Positions 40,471 to 50,589 of a DNA stretch of 64,000 bases are shown one piece after another; position 1 is the stretch's first letter; the number at the start of each line of letters is the position of its first letter. Made by a program: the position numbers and the translations under genes. A model generated the notes under the pieces. That model did not search any database, had not been told where the DNA came from, and was given only the letters and a program-made list of their open reading frames with translations. The stretch comes from Ostreococcus lucimarinus (lineage: Eukaryota): the NCBI GenBank assembly GCA_000092065.1, contig CP000600.1; one strand, given 5' to 3'.

Positions 40471-40989
40471 ATGGCGTACGTCGTCGAGCGGTGCGCGCGG
40501 GCGACGTCACCTACGACGACGCCGTCGCGCGCGACGCCGTCGCGGCGCGCGATCGAGCGGTTCGTCGCGAGAGACGCGACCTCCGGCGTCGTCGTCGGCG
40601 CGTGCGCGTTTTGGACGCGCGACGACGGCGCGACGGGATTCGTGAGCGGACTCGAGGTCGACAGAGCGCACCGACGACGAGGCGTGGCGACGACGCTCGT
40701 CAGGGCGGTCGAGCGGGAGTGCGCGCGGCGGGGGGCGACGCGGTGCGCGCTGAGCGTGAACAAGGGGAATCGCGGCGCGACGAAGACGTACGAGAGGTTG
40801 GGGTACGTCAGGGACGAGGAAACGCGAGGCGCGATGGCGTGGGTGCGCGATCCGTTGGTGTTGGTGCAGCACAGGATGTCGAAACCGATCGGGATCGAAG
40901 GCGAACGCGGAGAAGAGCAGAGCGGCGCGGGGCGGAGCGGAGCGGAAGAGAGCGCGGCGGCGCGCGCGCGGACGGATGGATTAGATTAG
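40471..40989 (+). CDS. GNAT-family N-acetyltransferase
   Basis: GFVSGLEVDRAHRRRGVATTLVRAVERECARRGATRCALSVNKGNRGATKTYERLGY is the acetyl-CoA-binding R-x-x-G-x-A motif block. Confidence 0.7.
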   Translation: MAYVVERCARATSPTTTPSRATPSRRAIERFVARDATSGVVVGACAFWTRDDGATGFVSGLEVDRAHRRRGVATTLVRAVERECARRGATRCALSVNKGNRGATKTYERLGYVRDEETRGAMAWVRDPLVLVQHRMSKPIGIEGERGEEQSGAGRSGAEESAAARARTDGLD

Positions 40990-41005
40990 ATTACAACACG
41001 ACGGT

Positions 41006-42229
41006 TCACATGCCGCATTTTTTCAACGCTCGTTCGATGCCTTGCTCCTCGTACTCTTGCTTGGAGATCCAGAACTCGTCCTTGCTTCGCATGATGTCCG
41101 CTAAGACGGCGCCGCCGACGAAGACCATGTGCTTGCGGTGCGCCGGCGCCTCGACTTTCATCTTGAACTTTTTCATCGCCTCTTTGTCGCCGTTCAAGAC
41201 GTTTTTCAGGTAAAGGCGCTTGATGTCGCGCTCGAGTCGCGAGGGTAAGCCGGCGTACATGGAGTTCCCGCCGGACAAGACGATGTGTTGATACAGCGAC
41301 CGTCGATTGTCGATTTCGTTTTCTTGGATGCACTTGAAGACGAGGTCGGAGATCCCGTCGCTTTCGACGTCGATGAGATCGGGCTGGAACAAACACTCGG
41401 GACCCATGAACCGTTCCGGGCCGAATTTGATGACTCGCCCGTCCGGCAGCGTGTACGACGCGTTCGTCGCCGTCGTCTCTCGCGCCAACTGCAAATCGCG
41501 CTTGTAGTCGTACGCGACGTAACACAACTCCTCCTTGATCAAACGCGCCGTTTCCACGTCCGACGTTCGATTCAGCGGGTACCCTCGACGCGTTAACAAA
41601 TCAATCATTCGCGTCGTCACGTGCCTTCCCGCCACGTTCAATCGCTTGGTGAGATGTGGGAACGAATATCCATCCACCACCGGCACGACGTGCGTGACGC
41701 CGTCGCCCGAGTCCACGACGACTCCCGTCATCAATCCTTGCGCGTACAGCGTCAACACCGCCTGCACTTGGACGTACGCCCCTCGAAACCCATACGTCTC
41801 AAACATCGTCGACATCATGCGCTCGCGATTCGATTTCGGGTTCAACGGCGGATCCGTGAGCATCACCTTGCACTCGCGCGTATCGCATCCCAAACTCTCA
41901 AACGCCCTGTCCCACACCAATCCCATATCTTCCCAGTCTCGCACCACCCCGTTCGACACCGGGTACGAAATTTCTAAATTCGCGCGTTTTCGCGCCGCCT
42001 CGTCCCCGACGTACACGTCTTTCATCGCTTCATCGTCGAACGCGTCTTCCTCGTACCGCAGCGTCGGTCGTCCCACCATGCACGGGAACAGCGTTCGCGG
42101 TTCTTCATCCCCCGCGTACCCAGCCTTGACGAATCCCGTGCCCGTATCGCACACCACGACGTTCTCACGGTTCGTCAGTCCCACCGACGTCGCGAACCGC
42201 GCCGGGAGCGCGCCGCTCGCGTCCGTCAT
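41006..42229 (-). CDS. ARP2: actin-related protein 2 (Arp2/3 complex subunit)
   Basis: Colinear with Arp2: VVCDTGTGFVKAGYAGDEEP, AVLTLYAQGLMTGVVVDSGDGVTHVVPVVDGYSFPHLTKRLNVAGR, YTLPDGRVIKFGPERF, KHMVFVGGAVLADIM; 407 aa, single exon. Confidence 0.93.
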   Translation of the reverse strand: MTDASGALPARFATSVGLTNRENVVVCDTGTGFVKAGYAGDEEPRTLFPCMVGRPTLRYEEDAFDDEAMKDVYVGDEAARKRANLEISYPVSNGVVRDWEDMGLVWDRAFESLGCDTRECKVMLTDPPLNPKSNRERMMSTMFETYGFRGAYVQVQAVLTLYAQGLMTGVVVDSGDGVTHVVPVVDGYSFPHLTKRLNVAGRHVTTRMIDLLTRRGYPLNRTSDVETARLIKEELCYVAYDYKRDLQLARETTATNASYTLPDGRVIKFGPERFMGPECLFQPDLIDVESDGISDLVFKCIQENEIDNRRSLYQHIVLSGGNSMYAGLPSRLERDIKRLYLKNVLNGDKEAMKKFKMKVEAPAHRKHMVFVGGAVLADIMRSKDEFWISKQEYEEQGIERALKKCGM

Positions 42230-42632
42230 GTCGATGAATCGATGGCCGGTGCGATTCTTTGGATTCGGAATTGGAGTTCGTTCGCCGGCGCCGTCGCGTC
42301 GCGCGGGGCGCGCTTCGGGCCGTCACTCGCGCGGAGCGGCGCGATGACGCGCGTGGTCGCGAGCGTTCGCGCGAAGACGAGGCGTCGCGCGACGGACGAC
42401 GCGCGGTCGAGTGCGGGGCGAGCGAGGCGAGCGAGGCGAGCGCGAACGACGAATCGGAGACTCGACGTGATTCATTAAAGAGTCGACTCGCGTGGTGCGA
42501 GTCATACCTTATGAATGATATGACGACTAATGGTGCACGGCAACGAAACGTCGAACGAGCGTCGTCGCGCGCTCGACGTAGGAGGGAGGAGAAATGAAAA
42601 GCCAATCAAATCAATCGCAACCTTTCGCCACG

Positions 42633-43733
42633 TTACGGTTCGCCTTCGGCGTTCTCGGATGGTTGCTCCGACGACGCCGAGTCCACGGATCCAATCATGC
42701 TGTTCAACGAGCTCACGTCGACCTCGTCCGAACCGAGGGCGGTGATTCGCAACTTGTTGTAGTCGTCGTCGGTGGCGCCAAACGTCTCCTTCAACTTGAG
42801 TTGCACCTCAGCCCCGTGCGCCTTGTCGATGAACTCGTCCAAGTCAGCGAGGTACATCAACTTGGCAAACTTCCCCGCACCGTCGATCTTGCGCTCCATG
42901 CCAGATTGCGTCAAACCCGCCAAGTTGGTCATGAGAGTGCCGTACTTTTTGAACATTCGCTCACCCGTCTCCAATAAGATTTCCTTCATCTCTTCGCTAT
43001 CCAACCCGCACGCACCCTTGAGCGCCAACACATCCGCGACGAAGTCGAGCGTGAACGCCTCTTCCGTGAGCTTGTACCTGAGATACTTGCGGAAGATCTC
43101 CGCCGAGGAGTATCCCGTCTTCAACGCGAGACCTCGCACGACGCCCTTGTTCACGCTCGAGCGCTCGTTGGGGAAAAAGTTCTTCAACCGCTCCACGACC
43201 TCCACGTTCTTATTCACCGTCCTCTTCCGTCGCATTCGCCCGCTCGTCGCCTTTCGAAACACCTTATAGCACGAGTACGCGAACGTGCTCGCCAAGAAGA
43301 AGAACCCCAACGCGCCGAGGTTTCGCAACCCCGGATTCTCGCTCGCCGCGCGCACGCCCTCGGTCACCCTCCCCAGCACCGTGAGCTCCTCCACCTCCTC
43401 TTCCGCGATCTCTTCCTTCAATTCATCGATCGTCAGCCGCTCTCGCGCGCCCGGCGCGTCCCCGTCCGCGTCCGCGTCCCCGTCCCCGTCCCCGCGCGTC
43501 TCGTCCCGCGTCCCCGTCTCGCGTCGTCCCTCGCCCGCGTCCTCCGCGCGCGCGCCTGCGTCCGCATCGAGTCCCACTCGCGCGTCGTCGCGCGTCTCGC
43601 GCGTCTTCGTCGCGCGCGCCTTCGCCATCGCGACGACGCGCCGTCGCGCCGATCGCGTCGACCCTCGCCGCGCGTCTCGCGCGCGCGGCGTCGCGCCGAC
43701 GCGTCGCGACGCCGTCGCGATCGGCCGAAGCAT
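42633..43733 (-). CDS. hypothetical protein with a transit-peptide-like leader, an acidic region, one TM and a conserved-looking helical C-domain
   Basis: Start set at MLRPIATASRRVGATPRARDARR (ATG 43731-43733); TM GALGFFFLASTFAYSCY; C-domain YSSAEIFRKYLRYKLTEEAFTLDFVADVLALKGACGLDSEEMKEILLETGERMFKKYG has protein-like composition; the upstream portion of ORF 42633..44162 is rejected. Confidence 0.5.
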   Translation of the reverse strand: MLRPIATASRRVGATPRARDARRGSTRSARRRVVAMAKARATKTRETRDDARVGLDADAGARAEDAGEGRRETGTRDETRGDGDGDADADGDAPGARERLTIDELKEEIAEEEVEELTVLGRVTEGVRAASENPGLRNLGALGFFFLASTFAYSCYKVFRKATSGRMRRKRTVNKNVEVVERLKNFFPNERSSVNKGVVRGLALKTGYSSAEIFRKYLRYKLTEEAFTLDFVADVLALKGACGLDSEEMKEILLETGERMFKKYGTLMTNLAGLTQSGMERKIDGAGKFAKLMYLADLDEFIDKAHGAEVQLKLKETFGATDDDYNKLRITALGSDEVDVSSLNSMIGSVDSASSEQPSENAEGEP

Positions 43734-43846
43734 CGCGACGTCCGCGCCGATCGCTGTTCGCGAGATCGGTCGTCGCGTCGCGCGCGTCGCCGTGTGCGAC
43801 GCGCGCGCGACGACCGATCGGGGATCGACGATTCGGAGAGCGACGT

Positions 43847-43873
43847 GCGGTCGGTCGCGTATGGGTAAACAGT
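43847..43873. repeat. copy A of the 27-nt conserved intergenic motif GCGGTCGGTCGCGTATGGGTAAACAGT
   Basis: Identical to 53645..53671 (seen directly); lies in the 283-bp divergent promoter region between the hypothetical gene (start 43733, -) and SF3A2 (start 44017, +). Confidence 0.9.
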
Positions 43874-44016
43874 GCGGGGTGTAATAACAGTGCGTCCCGA
43901 TTCGCGATTCGCGCGCGCGACGCCCGCCGCGACACCGCGCCTCGCGTCGCGTCGCGCGCGGCCGAGACCGAGACCGAACCGCGAGACCTCGTAAACAGGG
44001 CGACGGACCCGCCGTC

Positions 44017-44778
44017 ATGTCGTTCATGGACGCGCGCGAGCACGGGTCGAAGATCGGCGGCGGGGGCGTGGCGTCGGCGAGCCAGGGCGCGGTGGATCGG
44101 CGCGAGCGCCTGCGACGGTTGGCGCTGGAGACGATCGATCTGGCGAAAGATCCGTACTTCATGCGGAATCATCTCGGGTCGTACGAGTGCAAGCTGTGCC
44201 TGACGATGCACGCGAACGAGGGGAATTACCTGGCGCACACGCAGGGGAAGCGACACCAACAAAATTTGGCGAAACGCGCGGCGAGGGACGCGAAGGACGC
44301 GGACGCGAGCTTCGGGAAGTCGAAAACGGCGACGATACAGCCGAGGAAGACGATGAAGATCGGACGACCCGGGTACAGGGTGACGAAACAGTACGATAGA
44401 AGGACGCGACAGCGGAGCCTGTTGTTTCAGGTGGACTACCCCGAACGCGAGCTCGGAACCAAGCCGAGGTATCGGTTCATGTCGGCGTACGAACAGAAAG
44501 TCGAGGCGTGGGATAAGCGGTATCAGTACGTGCTGTTCGCGTGCGAACCGTACGAGACGATTGGGTTCAAAATTCCAAACGTGGACGTGGACAAGGCGGG
44601 ACGGGATAAATTTTTCACGCACTGGGACGAGGACGTCAAGACGTACACGTGTCAGTTGACGTTTCGTCGCGTCGACGGCGACGGCGCGCCCCGCGGCGGT
44701 GGAATGCCGCGCGGTGGCATACCGCCGCCGCCGATGGTGGGCGGATTACCGCCGCCGCCGCCGCCGCCGGTTCGCTGA
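44017..44778 (+). CDS. SF3A2: splicing factor 3A subunit 2 (SF3a66/SAP62, PRP11)
   Basis: GSKIGGGGVASASQGAVDRRERLRRLALETIDLAKDPYFMRNHLGSYECKLCLTMHANEGNYLAHTQGKRHQQNLAKRAA is the C2H2 matrin-type zinc-finger region of SF3A2; proline-rich C-terminal tail. Confidence 0.93.
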   Translation: MSFMDAREHGSKIGGGGVASASQGAVDRRERLRRLALETIDLAKDPYFMRNHLGSYECKLCLTMHANEGNYLAHTQGKRHQQNLAKRAARDAKDADASFGKSKTATIQPRKTMKIGRPGYRVTKQYDRRTRQRSLLFQVDYPERELGTKPRYRFMSAYEQKVEAWDKRYQYVLFACEPYETIGFKIPNVDVDKAGRDKFFTHWDEDVKTYTCQLTFRRVDGDGAPRGGGMPRGGIPPPPMVGGLPPPPPPPVR

Positions 44779-44871
44779 GACGCCCGCTCGAGGGCGATTT
44801 TAGAGTATAGTTTACGGATTGCAAGTAGAGAGTGTAGCGTCCGCGCGTCGCGCGCATCGAGGACAACGATC

Positions 44872-45963
44872 GTGTCGTCATCGCGAACCCACCGAAAACG
44901 CGCGCGCGTCGCCGACATCGCGTCGACCTCGAAACCGCGTCCGCTCGTCGAGGGGACCGAGCGCGGCGTCCCGTTCCACCCGCGGCGCGCGCTACCACCG
45001 CACACCGCCGCGCGTCGCGGGTCCTCGCGCACCGTCACCGTCGCGCATCTATCATCAGCAAATTCTGCGCGATCGAGCGCCATGCACGCGCGCGCGGCGA
45101 TCGTTTCGGCGTCGGCGTCGATCGCGAGGGGAACTGAATCGTCCCATTCCGAACCATTCGTCCCGAGCGCGCGCGTCGTCGACGAGAACGCGCACGCGGA
45201 ACTGAGATGCGCGGGAAAGACGTCTCGAGAAGAGCTTTCTCCATCGCAGCGCGCTCGGGCCTTAGCGGGGATAATGGACGCGGCGTCGGCGCTCGGGACG
45301 CGCGCGCCGCTGTCGCCGCTGGGCAACGGAACGACGCCGCTGCGCCGGGCGCGATCGCTCATGGCCGAGGCGGCGACGACTTCGGCGGCGAATGGACTGA
45401 AACAGATTAGGGCATCGCGCGCGAATCGCGCGTCGTCCGCGGGCGCGCGTGACGCGGAAGAGAACTTGGACGCGCTCGAGGACGAAGCGCCGCGACGCGC
45501 CGCGAGCGACGCTGCTAGCGTGGCGTCGGCGAGCGCCCTTGACGCGGCGAACGCGATCGCGAAATATGCCGATCGCGAGCGGCAGCTCGTGGCGTTCATG
45601 AAGGAGATGGCTTCGAGCGCTGACGCTCGATTGAACGACGCGCTCGACGCGTTGAGCGCGAGCGAGGCGCAGCGCGAGGAAGAGCTCGCGGCGATGGCGC
45701 TCGCCGCGGACGCCGAGCGCGAGGCGTTGGAGTTTTCCATACTTCTCGAAAATAAGGCGCGCGTGAAAGAGCGCGAGCGCGTGGTCGAGCTCGAGACTTT
45801 GCTCGCTCTGAAGCAGCGCGAGATTGACGCGCTCGCCGCCGAGCGCGGCGGCGCCCGGCCGAGCGCCGCCGCCGTTCGGTACGCCGCGAACGTGCGCGAC
45901 GAAGTCAAAGCCATCTTACGAGCAGAGTTTAAGCGCGAGCTCGCGGACGAGCTCCTGAAGTAG
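44872..45963 (+). CDS. hypothetical Ala-rich protein with a C-terminal coiled coil (strand assignment tentative)
   Basis: C-terminal 130 aa heptad-like (ERQLVAFMKEMASSADARLNDALDALSASEAQREEELAAM...LETLLALKQREIDALAAER); the N-terminal half is low complexity; the competing minus-strand ORF 44652..46205 is equally biased. Confidence 0.3.
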   Translation: MSSSRTHRKRARVADIASTSKPRPLVEGTERGVPFHPRRALPPHTAARRGSSRTVTVAHLSSANSARSSAMHARAAIVSASASIARGTESSHSEPFVPSARVVDENAHAELRCAGKTSREELSPSQRARALAGIMDAASALGTRAPLSPLGNGTTPLRRARSLMAEAATTSAANGLKQIRASRANRASSAGARDAEENLDALEDEAPRRAASDAASVASASALDAANAIAKYADRERQLVAFMKEMASSADARLNDALDALSASEAQREEELAAMALAADAEREALEFSILLENKARVKERERVVELETLLALKQREIDALAAERGGARPSAAAVRYAANVRDEVKAILRAEFKRELADELLK

Positions 45964-46234
45964 GCGTGTATTACATTAAGCGTTAGCGAGCGGCGCCAGG
46001 CGCCTCGAAGAAACAAAGCCCCAACGAACCTCGGCACTTCGAGCCGCCGTCTCGATCGTTTCGACCGTGCGACGCGCGCGAGCGTACGCGCGCACGTCAA
46101 GCGAACGTCGAGCGCGGTGTGCGAACGACGTACGCGTCGATTTGCGCGCGTCGACGGCTGCACGAGACACTGAAACGCGTCGGACGATTTGATTTGCATT
46201 TGCAAACTCTTTTTGATTGGACTCTGCGAACGCG

Positions 46235-46717
46235 ATGAGCACGCCCGCGAGAAAGCGCCTGATGCGTGACTTCAAACGCTTACAAACCGACCCGCCGGCT
46301 GGAATCAGCGGAACGCCGAGCGAATCGAACATCATGGCGTGGCACGCGGTGATCTTCGGGCCCGAGGGAACGCCGTGGGAAGGCGGAACGTTTAAATTAA
46401 CGATCGCGTTCAGCGAGGAGTACCCGAACAAGGCACCCGTGGTGAAGTTTGTGACTAAAATGTTCCACCCGAACGTGTACAACGACGGATCGATCTGTTT
46501 GGACATTTTACAAAATCAGTGGAGTCCGATTTACGACGTCGGGGCTATTTTGACGAGCATACAGTCGCTGTTGTGCGACCCGAATCCGAATTCCCCGGCG
46601 AATTCCGAGGCCGCGGCGCTGTATAACGAAAACCGACGCGCGTATAACAAGAGGGTGAGCGCGTGCGTGGAGGATTCTTGGTTGGAGATCGGCGCGAGCG
46701 GAGCGACGGCGTCTTGA
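46235..46717 (+). CDS. UBC2: ubiquitin-conjugating enzyme E2 (RAD6/UBC2 type)
   Basis: [26 protein letters not shown]...[21 protein letters not shown] (catalytic Cys in the HPN...C motif); near-identical pattern to RAD6. Start moved to ATG 46235. Confidence 0.95.
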   Translation: MSTPARKRLMRDFKRLQTDPPAGISGTPSESNIMAWHAVIFGPEGTPWEGGTFKLTIAFSEEYPNKAPVVKFVTKMFHPNVYNDGSICLDILQNQWSPIYDVGAILTSIQSLLCDPNPNSPANSEAAALYNENRRAYNKRVSACVEDSWLEIGASGATAS

Positions 46718-46916
46718 CGAATCAAAACGAGGAAACGCACAATAGCATTTCGACGAGCGCAGCTCGTGACGCGAGTTCACGCGCGCGCTCGTCGATTCGA
46801 ACGATTTTTATCATCCAAAAGCGCGAACTTTGTCGCGCATTAGCAGCATTTGTACAATCCATTGAACGATTTTCATTCAAACGCGTCTTCGACAGCTCGT
46901 CGCGGCTTGCGTCAGA

Positions 46917-48629
46917 ATGCGACGCATCGTCGCGCGGCGCGCCCTCGTCGACTTTCGCGCGCGCCCGTCGCTCGCGCGAATCCGCGCGCGAGCGAGCGAG
47001 GCGTCATCGCGGCGAGTCACAGACGCACAGACGTCCAAAGTCGTCAAAACATCTTCGACTCGAAGCTTTGCGACTCACGCGATGGCGTCGGAGGCCGAGC
47101 TCGTGACGCGCGTGGACGCGAACGAGGCGCGAACGACGGACGAAGACGCGCGTGCGTCGCTATTGCGTTGGTACGACGCGAATAAGCGCTCGCTACCGTG
47201 GCGAAGACGAGGGAAACAACGCAAATGGATTAAGATTGAGGCGCTCGCGGAGGACGCGGCGACGCCGTCGCGAGACGTCGCCGCGGCGGCGACGCTGTGG
47301 CGCGAGCGCGCATTCGAGAGCGACGGTGAGGACGGAGAAGCGAGCGTGCTCGCACGGATGAGCGATGATCAGTACGCGTACGGTATACTGGTGTCGGAAA
47401 TTATGAGTCAACAGACGCAAATCGAACGTGTCGCCGAGTACTGGCGGCGATGGACCGCGCGATGGCCCACGGCGGAAGCGCTCGCGGAGGCTACGATCGA
47501 GGAAGTGAACGAGGAGTGGGCTGGGTTGGGATACTATCGCCGCGCGAAGTTTTTGTTGAACGGCGCGATTTATGTGCGGGATGCGCTGAAAGGGAAGTAC
47601 CCGCGAGACGTCGAGGGATTGTCGAAGATTCCGGGCGTCGGCCCGTACACGGCGAGCGCGGTGGCGAGCATCGCGTTCGGCGCGAAGACGGCGGCGGTGG
47701 ACGGGAACGTGTATCGCGTTATCACTCGGGCGAAGATGATCAAGGGTGATCCACTCAAAGGCGACGCCGCGAAAGAGATTCGACGCGTCGCGGATGCATT
47801 CGTGGACGCCGAGCGCCCTGGCGACTTCAACCAAGCGATGATGGAGCTCGGCGCGATGGTTTGCGCTCCGCAGAATCCCAAGTGCGATTCGTGCCCGATA
47901 TCGATGTGGTGCGGCGGGTTCGCGAAACAACGTGAAACGAGCGGGGTGTTTAAGGTAACCGCATTTCCAGAGACGGCGAAGAAGGCGGAAAAGCGTCAAG
48001 AGCAGCGCGCGTTCGTCGTCTTGAGGCGTACGGCGCCGGCGGACGCCGACGCCAAGCCTGAATACGAGTATTTACTCTCCAAACGCCCCGAAGGTGGTTT
48101 ATTAGGCGGGCTTTGGGAGTTCCCCAACGCCCTGATCGCGATAGAATCTGACGACGCCTTCGCGCTGCGGCCAAAGTCTGACGTTCGAGACGCCCAAGAC
48201 GCCCTGTGCGAAGAACTCGGCGCGTCCTCGCGCCGAAACGTCGACGCCGTCGCGGGCAAAGCCGTGCACGTCTTTTCGCACATTCGCCAAGTCATGCACT
48301 ACCAGCTCGTCGATTGCGTTCCACTCGATGCGACTGGAGCGAACGGCGACGACGTCGTCTCGCGAAACGTGCCCGAGCGCGAACTCAAATGGTTCCCCGC
48401 GCGCGCGTTCGAAGAATCCGGCGTCTTCTCCTCTGGCGTCGTCAAGGTGTACGCCAAGTGCGCCGTGACTTCGGTCGCGCGCGCCAAGCCCAACGCCTCG
48501 GGCGCGCAGAAACGTCTTCGCGATGCGGGTGCGTCGCGCGAGATCGACGCTTCGCAAACTTCCATCAAAGCCTTCTTCGGGTCCGCCGCGCCGGCTTCGC
48601 CAGCCCCTGGCACTCGCGGGGGGACGTAA
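46917..48629 (+). CDS. MUTYH: A/G-specific adenine DNA glycosylase (MutY homolog) with a C-terminal NUDIX-like domain and an N-terminal targeting-like extension
   Basis: LLRWYDANKRSLPWRR, YGILVSEIMSQQTQIERVAEYWRRW, EEVNEEWAGLGYYRRAKFL, IPGVGPYTASAVASIAFG, VDGNVYRVITR and a 4Cys cluster (CAPQNPKCDSCPISMWC) are the HhH-GPD and [4Fe-4S] blocks of MutY. Confidence 0.9.
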   Translation: MRRIVARRALVDFRARPSLARIRARASEASSRRVTDAQTSKVVKTSSTRSFATHAMASEAELVTRVDANEARTTDEDARASLLRWYDANKRSLPWRRRGKQRKWIKIEALAEDAATPSRDVAAAATLWRERAFESDGEDGEASVLARMSDDQYAYGILVSEIMSQQTQIERVAEYWRRWTARWPTAEALAEATIEEVNEEWAGLGYYRRAKFLLNGAIYVRDALKGKYPRDVEGLSKIPGVGPYTASAVASIAFGAKTAAVDGNVYRVITRAKMIKGDPLKGDAAKEIRRVADAFVDAERPGDFNQAMMELGAMVCAPQNPKCDSCPISMWCGGFAKQRETSGVFKVTAFPETAKKAEKRQEQRAFVVLRRTAPADADAKPEYEYLLSKRPEGGLLGGLWEFPNALIAIESDDAFALRPKSDVRDAQDALCEELGASSRRNVDAVAGKAVHVFSHIRQVMHYQLVDCVPLDATGANGDDVVSRNVPERELKWFPARAFEESGVFSSGVVKVYAKCAVTSVARAKPNASGAQKRLRDAGASREIDASQTSIKAFFGSAAPASPAPGTRGGT

Positions 48630-49112
48630 GGTGCCGGGACGAATTGAGTGGAATTCTTCACACACTGACGCGCACCGGCGCTTTCGACGCGCTTTCGACG
48701 CCGAAAACGCCGACGTCAGTGAATACAAAGCACACGCACCCGTTCAAATCGTCCGCGCGTCGCACGTCGACGACGCGCGACGGTAAGACGCGTTCCAAGC
48801 GCGCTCTTCGGGACATCTGTGTGCGAAGGCATTCGAGCGAAAATGAGCGCGCGGCGCACGCGCCGTGGACGCGCGAACGGGAAAGACGAAGAAGATGACG
48901 TCGATGAAGATGATACGAGGTGCGGCGCGACGAATGACGCGATGATGACGCGGCGTTGGGTGATACGAGGGCGATGGCGATTGAGCGGGACGAGCGCGCG
49001 AGCGGGACAACCGACGCGAGACGAAAGATGACTGACGGATGCGCGTGAACGACGTCCACGCCACGGTTTTAGGTCACCGACGACGAGCGATGAACGACAG
49101 CAGTCGTCTGGG

Positions 49113-50534
49113 TTGATGGGAAGCGCGATGAAGTTGTTTAAATCGTTGAGTAGGAAGGAGCGAGGGGCGAAGCGCGAGCGACTTGAGGAGTCGGCTGAGG
49201 ACAACGCAAAGCGTGTGAAGTCCTCGGAGGATGCAAGCGCGAGCGCGAGTCCGTCGGGGGAGGCGCACACACCTCCAGGATCCGTGTTTCGACCGCCCGC
49301 GAGCGATGCATCGTTCATCACGAGCTCGATCAGGAAGTCCACGGCTAGACGCACGGGCTCCGGCGGCGCGGCGGCGGAGCCAGTGGCGCCGACGAATTTA
49401 AGCACACGTTTCGGTGGTGACGGCGACGATGGTCCCACATCGTTGGGTGTGGACGTCCTAGGGTCACCGAAAGTGAAAATCACGCGCTCGGGATCGCGAA
49501 AGCTGTTAGACACGATTTTTTCGCCAATGTTTTCATTTTTTAGCAGCGGAGGGACGAGAAAGCAAGGACGTCGGCCGAAGACGAGAAGGTCCGCCAAGCG
49601 CGAAGTCGCGGGACAAAGCGAGCACGCGGATGCGGAAGAAGCGATTCTAGATATGAAAATGAGTAAGATACACAACGCACTCATTCATAGCGAGGACTTG
49701 GATGGCAAAGACGTCGAGTTGTTGGGCGGCGAGCGGATGTCAGCGAGGGAATACTTGGGGCGTTTTGGGATGACGAGCGAAGAGGCTGCGCACGCGCCGT
49801 ACGAGGATTATGACGAAGAGTATGATCCGTGGGCATTCATTTACAATTTGAGGTACTCGTCGCCTTCTGCGGCAGCGCGCGGCCCGAAAGGACCGGTGCT
49901 CCCGGCGCGAGACGAGCACGACACTCGGAACACACTCGTGCTCGACTTGGATGAAACGCTGGTGCATTCTAATTTGGAGAACACGGTTGAGAGATGCGAC
50001 TTTAGTTTTCCAGTCGTCTTCAACGGCGACATGCATCGGGTGAATGTCAGAAAGCGGCCGCACTTGTCGACGTTCATGGAATTGGTGTCAAAGCAGTACG
50101 AAATAGTCGTCTTTACGGCGTCGCAGCAAATATACGCCGACAAGTTGCTCGATATTCTCGACCCTTCGCAAAAGTGGATCAAGCACAGGATCTTCCGCGA
50201 TTCGTGCGTGCAAATCGATGGGAATTTCATGAAAGACTTACGCGTGCTCGGCCGGGATCTATCGAGAACGATTATCATCGACAACTCGCCGCAAGCGTTT
50301 GGATTACAAGTCGAAAACGGGATCCCGATCGAGTCGTGGTACGACGACGATGCGGATAATCATTTGCTTTCACTTCTTCCCATACTCAACGAACTCGCCG
50401 CCGATACGGACGTGCGCGTGACGCTGGACCGCATGTTCAATCTCCGCGAGAGAGTGCGACGCGGCGGTCTGCGTTCCGACGCGTGGAGGCAGGCGATGGG
50501 TATAGAAATCGGCGCGCCGCTTCCCCCGGGATGA
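49113..50534 (+). CDS. NIF/FCP1-homology (CTD small phosphatase-like) protein phosphatase
   Basis: DxDxT catalytic motif LVLDLDETLVHS, then VRKRPHLSTFMELVSKQYEIVVFTASQQIYADKLLDILD, IIIDNSPQAF. Confidence 0.88.
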   Translation: MMGSAMKLFKSLSRKERGAKRERLEESAEDNAKRVKSSEDASASASPSGEAHTPPGSVFRPPASDASFITSSIRKSTARRTGSGGAAAEPVAPTNLSTRFGGDGDDGPTSLGVDVLGSPKVKITRSGSRKLLDTIFSPMFSFFSSGGTRKQGRRPKTRRSAKREVAGQSEHADAEEAILDMKMSKIHNALIHSEDLDGKDVELLGGERMSAREYLGRFGMTSEEAAHAPYEDYDEEYDPWAFIYNLRYSSPSAAARGPKGPVLPARDEHDTRNTLVLDLDETLVHSNLENTVERCDFSFPVVFNGDMHRVNVRKRPHLSTFMELVSKQYEIVVFTASQQIYADKLLDILDPSQKWIKHRIFRDSCVQIDGNFMKDLRVLGRDLSRTIIIDNSPQAFGLQVENGIPIESWYDDDADNHLLSLLPILNELAADTDVRVTLDRMFNLRERVRRGGLRSDAWRQAMGIEIGAPLPPG

Positions 50535-50589
50535 TGAATGAGTGGGATGATAACCGTCGCGTAATATTAGAGATTTGTAGGATTAACGT

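Noticed and set aside
44652-46205. 517-aa minus-strand ORF
   Set aside because: Ala/Ser/Arg-rich throughout, overlaps the SF3A2 3' end and the UBC2 5' region; the plus-strand alternative at least has a coiled-coil-like C-terminus. Neither is strong.
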